Source: Octopus sinensis
Taxonomy: Eukaryota
Assembly (NCBI RefSeq): GCF_006345805.1
Contig: NC_042998.1
Location: 38,750,001 to 38,814,000 of the forward strand
Length of the DNA: 64,000 bases
Direction of reading: 5' to 3'
Shown one piece after another: positions 1 through 14,118 of this stretch (the first letter of the stretch is position 1; every line of letters starts with the position of its first letter). The notes under the pieces were generated by a model. That model was not told where the DNA came from, made no database searches, and worked only from the letters and a program-made list of their open reading frames with translations. A program made the translations under genes and the position numbers.

Positions 1-540
1 TTTGATTGCTTTCATTTCATAATCTTGGCATTGTAGTGACATATTGTCCATCAAATGTTCGGTCTAATGGAAAATGTACAACACCAAATTTGAAAGCTAA
101 ACAAAGAAATTTTATAAAATCGATAAACTGTAGAGGATAATATGAGAAATTACAGAGACAAATAAATATTTAGAGCTGTAAACTGTTTGCCAGTCTACAA
201 GAAGTGATGTATTACTACTAAAAACAGCGACCATTCTTGTCTTAATTTTGCTTCTAGTTAAGTCATTGAGAAATAATATGTTCAATAAAACAAAACCTGT
301 TGTGAATCACCACAAAAAGCTACTTCATACCAAAACAATATTAGAAAATCTCATAATTCTCTAAGCCATTTAAAAGAGCGAAGAATATTGAAGTCAAATA
401 AATTGAAATATCATTGAACGTGTATCCTAAAACGGGTTTCATTGTTTTACAGCATTTGATGGTTTCACACCGCCATATAAGTTATTATATATGAGTATGA
501 TCAAGGAGTTTCAGTTTCTGATAGGACACACACGCATATT

Positions 541-656
541 GTGTGTGTGTGTGTGCATAGTACAAGTGTGTGTGTGCATGGTGCAAGTGTGTGTGTGTGT
601 GCATGGTGCAAGTGTGTGTCTGTGTGTGCATGGTGCAAGTGTGTGTGTGTGTGTAC
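541..656. repeat. Short minisatellite: (GT)n + GCATGGTGCAA, about 4 units
   Basis: GCAT(A/G)GT(A/G)CAA recurs four times, separated by GT dinucleotide runs. Confidence 0.85.
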
Positions 657-1004
657 ACGCGTATGAGTTTTTTCTATATCATGTAGACAACAGTAAAAAA
701 AGGTTTTAGTATATGGGTAAGTTTTCATTTTTTGGTGGGAAAAATCTATCGGATTTTAAAAATTTATTATTCTTAAAATGTCGAGAAGTCTCTGCATGGA
801 TGGGGAGAATTTGAGCAAACCGTGCGAAAATACAAAGAACCAGCCAATAGACTTTTCCACGAAGAAATCTAAATACAAAGCTACACGAACACCGCAACAA
901 ATTCCTGAAAAATATTAAAATGTAATATTAATCCAAATACAGAACTTGGCAGATTAGCATTAAGTCCTCTTTTGCTAAGTATCGTATTTAATCCAGCCGG
1001 AATA

Positions 1005-1090
1005 AGCCTTACTTTTTATCCATCGAGCAGCGGGTGGGGTCAATAAAACAAAGTAGCATTCAACTACTGGGGTCAATGATATCGACTGAT
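1005..1090 (+). mobile_element. Degraded SINE family 2 core fragment
   Basis: GGGGTCAATAAAA...CTGGGGTCAATGATATCGACT resembles the core of the full copy at 22282-22510. Confidence 0.5.
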
Positions 1091-1121
1091 CCTCTCTCCT
1101 CAAACTGTTGTCCTCCTATCA

Positions 1122-1177
<56 letters not shown>
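1122..1177. repeat. (ATT)n microsatellite
   Basis: Direct reading. Confidence 0.95.
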
Positions 1178-1402
1178 CAGGAAATAATTAATTGCGACAG
1201 GAGCAGTACGGATACCGAAAGGTAATATTTATCCCCACTTAAAAAGTGGATGTTGTGTTAGAACACAAAATACTGTGTTAATTATCATGAGAGGACCTCT
1301 CATATGGACTTGTAGGGCAATGTAAGCACTCGAGTTTATACTGCTGACGAAAGATTTTGCTACTGCTACCACTACTGCTTCTGTCGACATCATTATTATT
1401 AA

Positions 1403-1468
1403 GACGGCAAACCGGCACAGTTGTTAAGCAGGCCAGGCCAAATGCACAGCGGCATTTGTTCTACATTC
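1403..1468 (+). mobile_element. SINE family 2 head fragment
   Basis: GGCAAACCGGCACAGTTGTTAAGCAGGCCAGGCCAAATGCACAGCGGCATTT is similar to the heads at 22282 and 47462. Confidence 0.5.
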
Positions 1469-2352
1469 AAACACACATACACATATCTATTAACAACGAA
1501 AGCAATATATATATGATTACGCGTTGTTAGCAGATATGAATTAACATGACGGCCTACTACATAATGTGGTAATCTCAATGCAGATCCAGTGACCCAATAA
1601 CGGACCTATGGGCATTCATTAGTTAGTGCTTGTCACTACCAAAATTCTTTCCGTAGTTTTATATGAAAGAATTACTTTAAAGAATGGGAAAATAAAAATT
1701 TTAGTGCATGCGTGTATATTTCAAGTGATGCAACAATTATGTGGCACGGACACCGCTATAAATTACTGTATTTAAATTTATGCTAATCTTATATGCTTCC
1801 TTTCGACATCCGTTAAAAGCTGATGAGTGAGAAGGCTAGCGTGGTGACCTAAATATCAGCGAATTTTTAATAACGTATGACCCATGTATTTCAGAAAGAA
1901 ATGTTTCAATCTCAAAATACTACCCCACCTTATTTGAAATGAGTGTGGAGTGGGTAGATCTCACACAATCATTGAGCGCTCTACAGATTTAAAGAGTTGT
2001 TTTATTACATAACCTTACTGGACTTTTCAGTCATGATAAAGCATGCAATTGTCGAGATAAAAAGTTTAGTGTCATGAAAATATTAATCTGTTGAAGTACT
2101 CTTTAACTAAAGTATAAGACGATCAGTGCATACAAACAGAAATCAAAATGAAAGTCGACATAAAGCTCTCTCTACCAAAGATGTCATCGGTTCTACGGGT
2201 GGTGTTTTATTATTTATTTTAACCGCGAAAAATTAGTTAATAGAACGATAAACAACGAAATTATTTCAAATTTAAGATTATGTTCAATTAGAAAATTACT
2301 AATTGTAAATCTCACAAGGAGAGATATTCAGCAACAGTACTTTGGAGTAAGG

Positions 2353-2722
2353 ATTATTTGCTAATATTAGATGGCAGTCCTGGTTTAGGACGAATGTTGC
2401 TGTAATTTAGCCCCAGGAGACATCGTCTCCAGCTAGCTACACGACATGATCTGTGTCCTTATATTTTCGAACAAAGGAATCTAGCACCACCACCCACTAC
2501 TCAGCTCAACACAATATCTGTGTATCGCGATGAAGAGAAATAACCCGGAAATCGCGATACACAGATATTGTTTTGAGCTGAGTGGGGGTGCTAGATTCCC
2601 TTGTTCATAAATATAAGGACACAGATCGTTTCGAATAGCCAGCTGGAGACGATGTTTCCTGGGGCTAAATTACAGCAACATTCGTCCTAAACCAGGACTG
2701 CCATCTAATATTGGCAAATAAT
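2353..2722. repeat. 370-bp palindrome (foldback/MITE-like element)
   Basis: Arm 2353-2531 (ATTATTTGCTAATATTAGATGGCAGTCC...) is the reverse complement of 2551-2722, with few mismatches/indels; 19-nt loop at 2532-2550. Confidence 0.92.
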
Positions 2723-3499
2723 CTCTATTCAATTAGTTCGCTAATTGGATTTAGTTACAGTAATTTCCTATCAATTGTTTATCTGTGCAATTTGTTAAAT
2801 AACATTTCGAATTTATCATACCTGCTAATTTTTGTGCGGAATGAAATATTCAATTGAATACTGATGTTCCTGCTTAGGGTCCTAGTTCTTAGACTTCTAT
2901 TCTAAGAGCGTTGACGAAGTAATTACCATTAGTGGCAACAACACTTTTATTAAGTAGGCCAGAATAATGTTGGTACTTTATAATTATATATCAACCTCAA
3001 GTTTTTTTCTCTTTTCTTTGTATTATCAGTTCATGAAATGCAAGTATTTGAGCAAAACCACAACTTACAATTACTGAAATTAATTTAATACGTAGGAGGC
3101 GTGGCCCAATATATTATCTTAAATTGTCATGGAAGTTTGAAGAATTGTAAAATCCTGTCGAATGATATTGCTAAATTAATTTACAATTCTTAAACTATAA
3201 ATGATGATTGATAAAAATACCTTGTCAAGTTGCAATCGGAATTGTTACTCTATTCTTAGAGTTGTTTTATCTTAAAGAATGAATATTGCCCAGCATTCGT
3301 CACATTACTGAGGGGCCCTTTTTGTGAAAAGAAGAAAACGTTCTGAAAAGATGCGGTCAAAGCAGAACTGTAAACGTTTGGTATAATTTGGTGTTTAAAA
3401 CTACAGTCTTTTCGCTTTAAGTTTTAGCTGTCTTTAGAAATATTATTTGTATTATTTAATATTCACCTCAAAATTATGTTCCGATTGCTTTGACCAAGC

Positions 3500-3686
3500 G
3501 AGGAGGCCAGCATCCCCAGCCCTTAATTGGAAGGCCATTCTGTTACACCTATTTACACCTGATTGAACTGGAACAATGACAAAATGAAGTGTTTCACTCA
3601 AGAACGCAAGGCACTGCTCACTCCGGAAATGGAGCCCACGGTCGAAGGATCGTGAGAGCAACACCCTAACCACTAAGCCACTTGCC
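3500..3686 (-). mobile_element. Old tRNA-derived SINE
   Basis: Minus strand GGCAAGTGGCTTAGTGGTTAGGGTG (A-box-like), then a degenerate B box and a GCGTTCTTGAGTGAAACACTT central block. Confidence 0.6.
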
Positions 3687-4795
3687 TTCATTTTATGTCA
3701 CTATATCATTCAGTAAAGTCGGTCGTCACGTTGAACTTTGACACTGCTGGCTTTGCCGATTGAATTATCAGCAAGTGTTTTATGTGCTGAGACTTTGAAG
3801 TTTCCGCTGTAGTTACCTTAAGAAAACTTTATCCTATGTTTTCAGCTCTTCCTAAAATCTTTCCGATGTACTTCTTTTCTGTTCTTCTTTCAATTAAGTC
3901 TTAGTGTTGCTTCATATAAAACAAAAAAAAAACACTGCTAATGCTATAAATGTAGTTTTTATGTTCTAACAACTTTTGGGCAGATTTACCTTTTGTGAAG
4001 AATCTATGAAGTATTTATTTTACTACTTTCTCACACGGTTCTGATAATATGTTTTGTTGCTTATTGTAATTTCGTCAGAAAACCCCCTTAAGTAAGTGAT
4101 TGTTTCAGAAGCTCATCTCCCAATGGTCGTGACGTGTATTAATAAGATAAAGAACATCGTTTACGTAGATAACAACTTCGAAATAAACACATATAAATCA
4201 TAACATAAACAGACAAACTGTGCTCGCATTAGAACCAAATTGTTCTCATGAGAAGAGTATACACAAGAGACTGTTCATCTGTTTATGATTAACTGAGCTG
4301 TGTGCTGTACACATCACTTCAGTGATATCTTGCAAGCCATCGTTTTATCTTGCTTTTACGATGCTTTACTAGTATACACAAATAGTAATACTTCACATTA
4401 CTGGATCGTTTACGACGTATTTTACATCGCGTTGTGTCTATTTTATGAATGGATGAGTGAGTCGGTATTCATAGTAAATCTTTCATGCTTCCGCTTTATG
4501 TTGCTTTTTAATCGTTAATCAATAAGCATAAACACTGTTGAATAACAGTACTTTAGCAGGAAGTTCCGTCACCATACACCCCGACGAGTCAGAAGACTGA
4601 AAACCATTTCACCAATAGTATATCTACTTTATATGATAGCTTCCGTAGCCCGTAGCTCTGTTGGCGGGAATTCGAATTATAACACGGTCGGTGATTTAGG
4701 AGTCAATTTATCAGATATGTCAGGAGACACAAAATGCTTTTAGTCTGTATCACTTTAGTGCTATTTAGCTAGTGTGTTTGTAGAAACTATATGCA

Positions 4796-4931
4796 GGCGT
4801 AGGAGTGGTTGTGTGTAAGTAGCTTGCTTATGAACCGCAGGGTTCCGGGTTCAGTCCCACTGCGTGGCACTTTGGGCTATAGTCGTAGATTTACTAGACG
4901 GAAACTGAAAGAAGCCCGTCGTATATATGTG

Positions 4932-4973
<42 letters not shown>

Positions 4974-5181
4974 ATATATGTTTGTGTGTCTGTGTTTGTC
5001 CCCCCCAACATCGCTTGACAACCGATGCTGGTGTGTTTACGTCCCCGTAACTTAGCGGTTCGGCGAAAAACCGATAGAATAAGTACTAGGCTTCCAAAGA
5101 ATAAGTCCTGGGGTCGATTTGCTCGACTAAAGGCGGTGCTCCAGCATGGCCACAGTCACATGACTGAAACAAGTAAAAGAG
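4796..5181 (+). mobile_element. tRNA-derived SINE family 1 (long, internal TA/CA microsatellite)
   Basis: Head GGCGTAGGAGTGGTTGTGTG..GGGTTCAGTCCC, tail GACTGAAACAAGTAAAAGAG; closely matches 27646-28029 apart from an internal deletion. Confidence 0.9.
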
Positions 5182-5232
5182 TATATACAAGTTCCAATAT
5201 CATGAGTATATACGTATACGTTTCCACTCTAG

Positions 5233-5378
5233 AGGCACAAGGTCCGAAATTTTTGGTGGGAGGCGACCAGTCGATTAGATCGACCCCAGTACTGATACTT
5301 AATTTATCGACCCCGAAAGGATGAATGGCAAAGTCGATCTCAACGGAATTTGAACTCAGAACGTAAAGACAGGCGAAG
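5233..5378 (-). mobile_element. SINE family 2, 3' part
   Basis: Reverse complement of GTTCTGAGTTCAAATTCCG..GCCATTCATCCTTTCGGGGTCGATAAA. Confidence 0.8.
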
Positions 5379-5786
5379 TATATACATACACCCATCCACA
5401 CGCATACACATTTAGACAGACAGACAGGTAGAAAGATGCGCGAATATGCTTGCACCAGAAATTAACAAAATTAGACAAGTGTCAGAATGCTAAACTGATG
5501 TAGTCATTGTTTCTAGAATATATGGAAGCTCAGAGCAGTTTGTTTACTTATATATACTGAGACACAACACGAAATGAGTCATTTAGGCATATACAATACG
5601 TACGAAGCAGTTCATTGAGCCACAGAAACACTGACATATAAACATATACATACGCACAGACTCCGACATCGACCTAAATGCGCAAATTAACTGCAATATT
5701 TTCAATTTTATCATTGGAGTTCAGTGACCGAGATAATAAAGTAATCATCAAACAGTTTCCAATCACATGCTTCTAGCAAGTCCCTC

Positions 5787-6390
<604 letters not shown>

Positions 6391-6439
6391 ACAGAAATAC
6401 GCAGTAACGATAATCTTGGCTTAGTGGGGAGGGATGCAG

Positions 6440-6490
6440 TAGCGGTGGTGGTGGTGGTGGTGGTGGTGGTGCTACTGCTGCTGCTGCTGG
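6440..6490. repeat. (GGT)n/(GCT)n trinucleotide run
   Basis: Direct reading. Confidence 0.9.
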
Positions 6491-8061
6491 CGAGATTTTG
6501 ATGTTGTACACCACTGAAATCATTATCTTCCAGCATCATAGACAGCGTAAATTAGACCGACGAGGCGCATTCATATGAAACGTTCATCGACAGCCTACTT
6601 TGATCTCAATTTCGTAGTGTTTGTTTTTGTTTTCTTTGTTTTAATTATACAGCTCTCGAACGAGTGTTCTCATTTTTGCTCTCCATTTTCTGTGGTAGAT
6701 GTATATCGTTGCTCGATTTTATCCCTACCCCGACTTTGGATATATTTAGCAAATTCACTCTGTATAGACACACAGATCCCACATCAGCCAGTTTTCTTTT
6801 CTGTTCGCAGACTCTTGCCTGTTCATGCTGGGTATCATCAGCTCTATGAATCCCACCTGGCCGCGAAGGCCCGCAAATATTAAGGATACTATTCGTTTTT
6901 GGTTATCTTTTAAATAATCTCAGGTAATGAATGACACAAGTGCAATAGACTTCATATGAAGGTTGAAAATGGTGTCAAGCAGTACATCAAATGAAATCTT
7001 TTAACTCCGATTAGTTCAGGTCGAAATAAATACGCAGAAATAAAATAAAATACATAACGAAATACCCACCAGAAAGAAACCTGCGAGCGTATAAGTATGT
7101 CCACAATGACACAGGCACTCGAACAGGTTCAGCTATGTGCACTTCACACACACATGTATATCATGTGATTAGTGTAACTAGTAGCACGGAAAGACGACGA
7201 AGGAACACACGAAAGACAAAAGAAATCGGACACACACAGGACGTGGTGGACCATGGTCACCTTGGTTAGGTGTCAGCTAAAAATCAATTCTGTGCCATTG
7301 TCGATAAGATTGTTCCTCTTGGTGGCGTCAAAAGCAAAACACTTTTGAGATAAGTGAGCGGACAGAATGAAAAGCATTGAACAGGGAAGAAAACATAAAT
7401 ATACATAATGTGATGCTCTGCATGTTGCACGAGTGTGGGTCGTAGATGCTGGATACCAGATATTTTCCTAAAGGTTCATTCAAATTGATTTCTGTTGTAT
7501 TCATTCATTTGTTAATATAAAATAGGGGTTGCTTGCACCTTCGTCAATACTGTAAACTATTAAACCCAACTTCTCAATTCCAACTGCAAATGTACAAAGA
7601 TGTAGTTAATCAATTTCAATCTCTGTTACAAAATGTTATCGGTGGCCAACCCACACTTGTGTCTTGTAATTATTGTACGTGGAGTATAAGCAATTTGTTT
7701 TTAATTTAAAGCATGCTACTGCATCTGACATGTATTGCTACGGCAGATGTAGAACAGAAACAAAATGCTGCTTCGAATAAGTCGTATAGAATTTACTATT
7801 CCACTTTAAAACATACAACTGTCCAAAAGATGCTATATGTATTCATGGACGATTTCTTTAAAGGTGAAGAACGAAAAGCAAATGTGTGCACGGAAGAAAA
7901 TCGATTGTGTGACGTTTCCATATTGAAATGTTACTCATATTTTTATACTAATTTCAATTGATTGTTTACTGACAGCACTTTCATTTCAATTTTGATTTCA
8001 TAAAATTTTGTTCGCTCACGTAATATTTAGCTCTCTCTTAAAGCTGTACGTCATTATTAAA

Positions 8062-8114
<53 letters not shown>

Positions 8115-10789
8115 TTTTCTCTGCACTTTACAAACTATTCTTAACGAAGATATCTTTGTGTCATAACAGTCTGGTTTCCTCTTTTCTTTATATCACAACC
8201 ATTTATGCCCACATCTATCTATTGGCAGTAATTTATTTTGTAGCGTACTGAAAGTTTATGGATTCCTTCGAAATGTTTTCCCAGAATATTGCTTCAAAAA
8301 AATAAATGTCTACGCACTACAAATGTGCAAACAAGAAATAAAAATTACTTAGATTAGATTCGGAAGATTTGTCAGGAATGTTTAATTGGATGATACACTA
8401 GAAGAAAAAAAGAAAGAATAGAGGTTTAACTAATATGAAGCGATTACGTCCTTAATTGTTTACACGTAGGTATAGATACACTTGCACAGATTCAAGAAAC
8501 AAATTTTACGTAAGATGTGCATTTATTTTGAATGATTTCACTTAAAGGCATAGCGTTTGTCTGCACCAGGTCTGTAAGGAGGAACATTGTTGACTTACTT
8601 TGCTTAGAGCATTCAAATTATCGACCAAAAATGAATTTATTGTGAAAGCTATCTCCAGTCTTATTGAGAATAGTATCTAAGAACAAAAGCGTATAGTCTG
8701 TCTGTTGGTCGTCTATACTCCTCCTCTGGTGTGACAAAATTTAATATAAAATTCAATATACAATAAATGTTTAGAAGACTTTCAATTTTCCTGGGTGCGG
8801 AAAAACTCGCAGAAATAATCAAAACCCAACTTCCTCATAATGTGAGTCAGGAAACCCGAGCTTGTAGCATTTTTGTTTGTTTGTTTTTTTTTCATTTCTC
8901 TTTTTTTTATGTAAATGGCAAGTGCAACTTAACGTCTCTTCTCAGATACAGCGGTGCAATACGATAAGCCAGAAGTAGTGTGATGATATAAATTGAAATA
9001 AGACTTGTTCATCTTTCTCGGACTATGTACCAAATCGTTGGGAGGCGTGTTAGTTGTTATAGCTTTATTTACACTGAAAAACTTGTACCCGTTCTTTCAT
9101 AAGCAGTCGCTACATGTCTACCGAAAATATAAAATTATATTATTCAGGAATTTGTCAATAACTGTGCTGCAAGCCAAGGGATATCTATGACTTACGTCAC
9201 ATAAACGTAGTTGTGTTTTTTTTCTTTCTGATATATCATAGATTTGTACATCTGATTCTAACATCATTCATCTTCACATCAAAGTGACGCACCTTTATCT
9301 GAATATTATAATGTCCATTATCGTGATTATGCAACCAGTTTTGTAAGCATTTTCAAGAACCAGGAATCAAAAGTGATTTACAGATTCAGCGGAATGATAT
9401 CTCGCCATTTTACGTTATACTATCCTTCTCGATAAATGTTAGATGTTGAAGAGAGCCAAAAAACAAACGAAACCCAACAAAGGCTCACATATAGAAATAC
9501 ATGTTTACATATAATAAGATAAATATGTATGCATAATTCCTCTTTCCGAATTATTTTAAGTGAACGTGGTCTTTGTCCTAAAAATAGTCTGATTTTGGGA
9601 TCAAGTCTGAAGTTTTTGTTTTCTTCTAAGTTTATCAGGTAAGTCTCATTGTTGGAACCTATTTCTATCCAGAGATGTTGTTTCTGACTACACTGAAACA
9701 TACCAACTTATGGTAACTATTGATTACTGGTTACTCTAAACCAAGAAGAGATAAAGTCGTTTAGATAAGGCATAATACCTGTGAAGGGATAATAAACTTC
9801 TACACCCTGGCTGGACTTGTTGATAACTATGTCGAATCGGTTAAAGAATGTTTATATTGTATGAGCGAAGCAGACAAAGAAATCTCACATCCTTGCAAGA
9901 AGAATCTACTGTAGAACAAAAACAACTTTAAAATCCAACAAGAGATGTTTAAATATGCATTTAAAGATGTCTGAATAATAAATTGATAAACCCACAATGC
10001 TTATTAGTTTCAACATGATAACCACACTTACGTACAATGAAAAGTTCTTTGTTAGTGTTTCATATTTTAAAAATATGCTGACATCTGTCTGGCATTTATA
10101 CAAATATACTAAAACACATATTCATTGAGTCACGCACAACAATCGACTGCAATAAACACTTAGCATGGAAAGAATGCCATAACGTATAGGGCCAAAGCAA
10201 ATGGCTGCAAGAGAGAAGGCGAATATATATATGTATGCGTTCCAGCTCACGTGTGTGTGTGTGTGTGCATGTGCGCGCGTATTCCATCTCAGTTTATTAA
10301 ATATAAACTTATTCTCGATATTAACCGAAATAACGCCATCCGGGCAGTTTCCTGCAACTCACTAGATAATTATTTACGCATTTCATTCCCAATTTCTCTA
10401 ATTTTTCGCATATTTCCCATCTAATTTCCTTTTCTATACTTTATTCGTCTTATACAACTCACTCGCTCACTCATTAAATATCTCATTATGTTATCGCAGT
10501 TTTAATCTCCGTCTTTTAATCGAACTCAAAGGTAGTCTTTAAATTAAGCTGTGTATTATGCTAGAAATAGTTGCGTTCACATGGATTTATTGTAAGGCGT
10601 CTGTCATACCAAGAATTCATCGCTGAATTTCAGGTTCCCCATTCAACCTATCTCCCGGTGAACTAACATCATCTTCAGATTCTCGAGGGATAGAATGAAA
10701 GAAGACATCATTCTACTTAATACAATTTCAGATTACCCACCCTCAAATCTTTCCCTGAATCTTCGTCGCCTTGATGATAAATAAAAGAA

Positions 10790-11145
10790 TTGTTATTATT
10801 ATAATTATTATTTTATTGTCTCTGCATAGCTTCTAACGCTGGAGATTACTATGGTGTCAGCTGTGACTCTAAGGTAGCACGCCTTATTTTTTGAGCACCA
10901 TCCGGAGTATTTGAGCGGTTCCAAGCAGTACTGTTTTCTGCAAGTGCTCCACCCTTATTGCAGCTCCTATTTGTTCTATGTATTTCTCAAGATTTCTACT
11001 CACTGTTCCCAGGGCTCCGACAGTTATTGGTACTACTACCACCTTTTTCAGCAGCCACAACTGCTTAACCTCCCAAGCTAACCTGTTATATCTATCGACT
11101 TTTTTTTCTTTTTATCGCATACCTTGTTGTCAGCTGGACATGCTG
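10790..11145 (-). mobile_element. R4/Dong-type LINE 3' end (restriction-like endonuclease C-terminus)
   Basis: Minus strand translates (one frameshift) ACPADNKV..DRYNRLAWEVKQLWLLKKVVVVPITVGALGTVSRNLEKYIEQIGAAIRVEHLQKTVLLGTAQILRMVLKK*, stop at 10884-10886, followed by a 3' UTR and TAA-like tail. Confidence 0.85.
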
Positions 11146-11261
11146 TCATCATCGTCATCATCATCATCATTATTATTATTATTATTGAGTGAGAGAGCAG
11201 TGCATGCCAGACAGATAACACTTTCGTGAAGATGTGCGCTGTGCCCAATAAGGCTATTATT

Positions 11262-11292
<31 letters not shown>

Positions 11293-11332
11293 TATTATTA
11301 TTATTATTATTATCATTATTATTATTAATTAA

Positions 11333-11530
11333 TGCAGCGATCTAGCAGAATCTTCAGCATGCCTGCAAAATGACTAGTGATATTTCGTCTGAGTTCAAAT
11401 TCCGCCAAGGTCGACTTTGCCTTTCATCTTTCCGGGGTCGATAACATAAGCACCAGTTAAGTCCCGCAGTTGATGTAATCGACTATGCGGGACTTAACTA
11501 TGTAATCGACTTCGAAATTGCTGGACTTGA
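11333..11530 (+). mobile_element. SINE family 2 copy with internal inverted duplication
   Basis: Head GCAGCGATCTAGCAGAATC; core GAGTTCAAATTCCGCCAAGGTCGACTTTGCCTTTCATC. Confidence 0.8.
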
Positions 11531-12479
11531 GCCAAAATTCGAAATTGTCATTCTTATTAGAACTGGCAGAATCGTTAGCACAACGGGCAGCATGCAACAG
11601 AGGGAGAGAGAGAGAGAGAGAGAGGGGGGGAAGAAAGAGAGAGAGAGAGCGTGTTAGGTACATATGTGTAAATCTAAAAGATATTGAGCGCACGCTTGGT
11701 TAATGTCGAAAAGTCGCATTTGAACTGTAAAAATATTTTTTTATATCATAAAAGTATTTCCTTTGCTTTTAAAATTTACGAATATGTTTAGTTTCGCATA
11801 TAAATATCTTTCGTTTGCATTTAAAGTGTTTGTATCAATATGTTTTGTTTTGTATAATATATATTTCGATCGCCTTTGAAATGTATAAATGTACTTTGCA
11901 ATCGCATTTCATCTTTAATAAATTCGAACTGAAATAACAGTTTTCAATTATCACTAAGTAAAACAAACAAATGCTTCCAAATGCCAACGCAACATATATA
12001 TTTATACACTTCAAATCAAGCGAAACATGTCTATAGCAAAAAAAGAATTATTAAAAAAATGTTTTTATTAAAAGAATTGCGGACTTATTTTCTCTGATGT
12101 TTATATTTTAACGACATCATAAAAAATGGTAGAGATGTACTGGGGGAAAAAATATCATATTGAAAAACTTAGTTAAGTTTTAAGTTGTGGTTATATAATT
12201 TCTCTTATTTTCCCGTCGATATACATATTTATATGTTTTAGCATCAATAACCTCTATAAACATACAGCAACATATGTACAGAGATGGGAAGTGGTGTTTC
12301 TTTTATTCTTGTTCATCTTATGAACCAAGATAACAGAGAAAGTGAAGATTTTAGCAAAGGAATAAATAAATTACAGGAAATATATGAACAAAGACACGGA
12401 AGGAGAGAACGGACCAAGACGTCATAAAAGGCTATTACGCAGTGTAAGATTTGAAACAAAACACTATCTCCCTCAGAAT

Positions 12480-13468
12480 TAAAATTCATCGCGTAGTAGG
12501 TACAGGTGATCTCAAAAGAGAACCTCCTTCACCTCGGTTCGCTGATGCTCACACCTATTCGCTCCACCCTTAGGTCTAAGCTTTGCCAGCTTGAGAGATT
12601 GACGGACAGGCTGAACGGGATCGAAGCCCAACCAGCACTGCTTCTGTTAAGGGACTGCTTCGCCACGCTGGAGCTAGTGTATACCCTCCGCAGTGCCCCT
12701 TGCTACAGTCACGTAACTCTCCTCACAGTTTTCGACGCCTCTTTCGAACGGGCCGCCGAAGAGATACGCAGCGTTCAGTTCAATGACACCGGATGTCAAC
12801 ATGTCACCTTACCCATCAAATATAGTGGCCTCAGCCTTCGATCTCTGTTCGCATTGGCCTTGTCGGCTTTTCTTTCATCGGTGACCTCTTGTATTGCCCA
12901 CATCAACAGGGTTCTCCACAACAACTGAGGCATCTGTGATTGAGGAACGTGAGGTGGCCTATGCAACATGGAACCAGCTCGGCTTGCTCCCTGCTGATGT
13001 TCATCCCCTTCTCTCCTCTGTGGACGTCTGATCCTCTCAAAAGAAACGACACACCATCCAGTGTGGCGTGATCTCGGACGATTTAGTGCGCCGGCTTAAC
13101 CAGCACCGTCTTACCTGTTTCCGCTCAACTCCCAAACCGCTGGGCTCAGCTCGATAGCGGGTGACTGTCACTCTGCTCGATAGCGAGTGTCTGCGCATCG
13201 GCGTTTCCGTGAGGTTCGCCCCCCCCCCGATCTGTGAGCTTCATGAATGCCGCCGCGGACCCACTGTGAAGTCTTTCGGCCTCCACCCACTGTCATGCCG
13301 CCATTGTGCTGGCCGACCCCCATGCTGCCTTTAACAAGATCATAAAACATGGCCTAGATTTCCCTTCACAACATGTGACGGCGGAGCTAGACCAAGGGGC
13401 CGGTAATAGGAATGACGGTGTGACAATTTTCCTTCATCTGGGATGTCACATGCTGTGACACCTTTTCC
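12480..13468 (+). mobile_element. CRE-clade LINE relic (RT C-terminal region, zinc knuckle, RLE)
   Basis: ORF 12506-12928 has LERLTDRL..ALLLLRDC..LVYTLRSAPC..FD..LPIKYSGLSLRS..SAFLSS. Downstream frames give LDSECLRIGV, HECRRG..GLHPLSCRHC, HAAFNKIIK, NDGVTIF and WDVTCCDTFS, the motif order typical of CRE elements. Confidence 0.8.
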
Positions 13469-13471
13469 GTC

Positions 13472-13620
13472 TTTATGCTCTGAGTTCAAATTCCACTGAG
13501 ATCGACTTTACCTTTCATCCTTTTGCGATCGATAAAGTAAGTACCAGCTGAACACTGGGGTCGATGTAGTCGATTTGCCCCTCCTCCAAATTGCTTTGTG
13601 CCAAGATTTGAGACCAATCA
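13472..13620 (+). mobile_element. SINE family 2, 3' part
   Basis: CTGAGTTCAAATTCCACTGAGATCGACTTTACCTTTCATCC..AAGTACCAG..CACTGGGGTCGATGTAGTCGA. Confidence 0.8.
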
Positions 13621-14011
13621 CATACATCGACTAGATACGCTCCCTTGATTTATAACGTTGGATGTCATTTGTTATTACAACTTCAGAACGAGCCTAGAAA
13701 GTGGATAGGAAAAAAAAGAAAGAGAAAAGTAGCGTGCCAGCCAGTTGGTGATATAAGCTACAAGTGTATTACCGGAGAAGTCGTAGATGTACGCATGGCA
13801 ATTTATATGTTAAAAACTTTCTGGTTAAAAATGTTTCTGCATAAGATTAAGAAAATATGGAATAGAAGCAATGGTTATCGATTCTTGAATTTAGGATATA
13901 TTCACTTCTTGTATCGTTCAACATTTAGAATCATTTAGTTTTTTTTTTTTTCGGGACAAGCTGTTCTTCACATCTGTTTCCATTATTATACACACGTATC
14001 TACATTAATAC

Positions 14012-14045
<34 letters not shown>

Positions 14046-14118
14046 ATATGTGGAGATAATTAAATACAGATAGCACACATGGAATTATATATATTATATA
14101 ACGCTTCAAAAAACCGTT

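Noticed and set aside
4580-4610. Hammerhead-like CCGACGA-GTC-AGAA-GAC-TGAAA
   Set aside because: U4 is mutated, there is an extra base before GAAA, and there is no stem I or III.
6790-6925. Plus-strand acceptor/donor pair around 6810-6923
   Set aside because: All frames close and nothing links it to other exons; comparable chance signals occur on both strands.
10600-10770. Short acidic peptides on the minus strand (DEDSGKDLR, ESEDDVSSPGDRLNGEPEIQR*)
   Set aside because: They are in different frames, separated by only 28 nt, too short for an intron; no consistent exon model.
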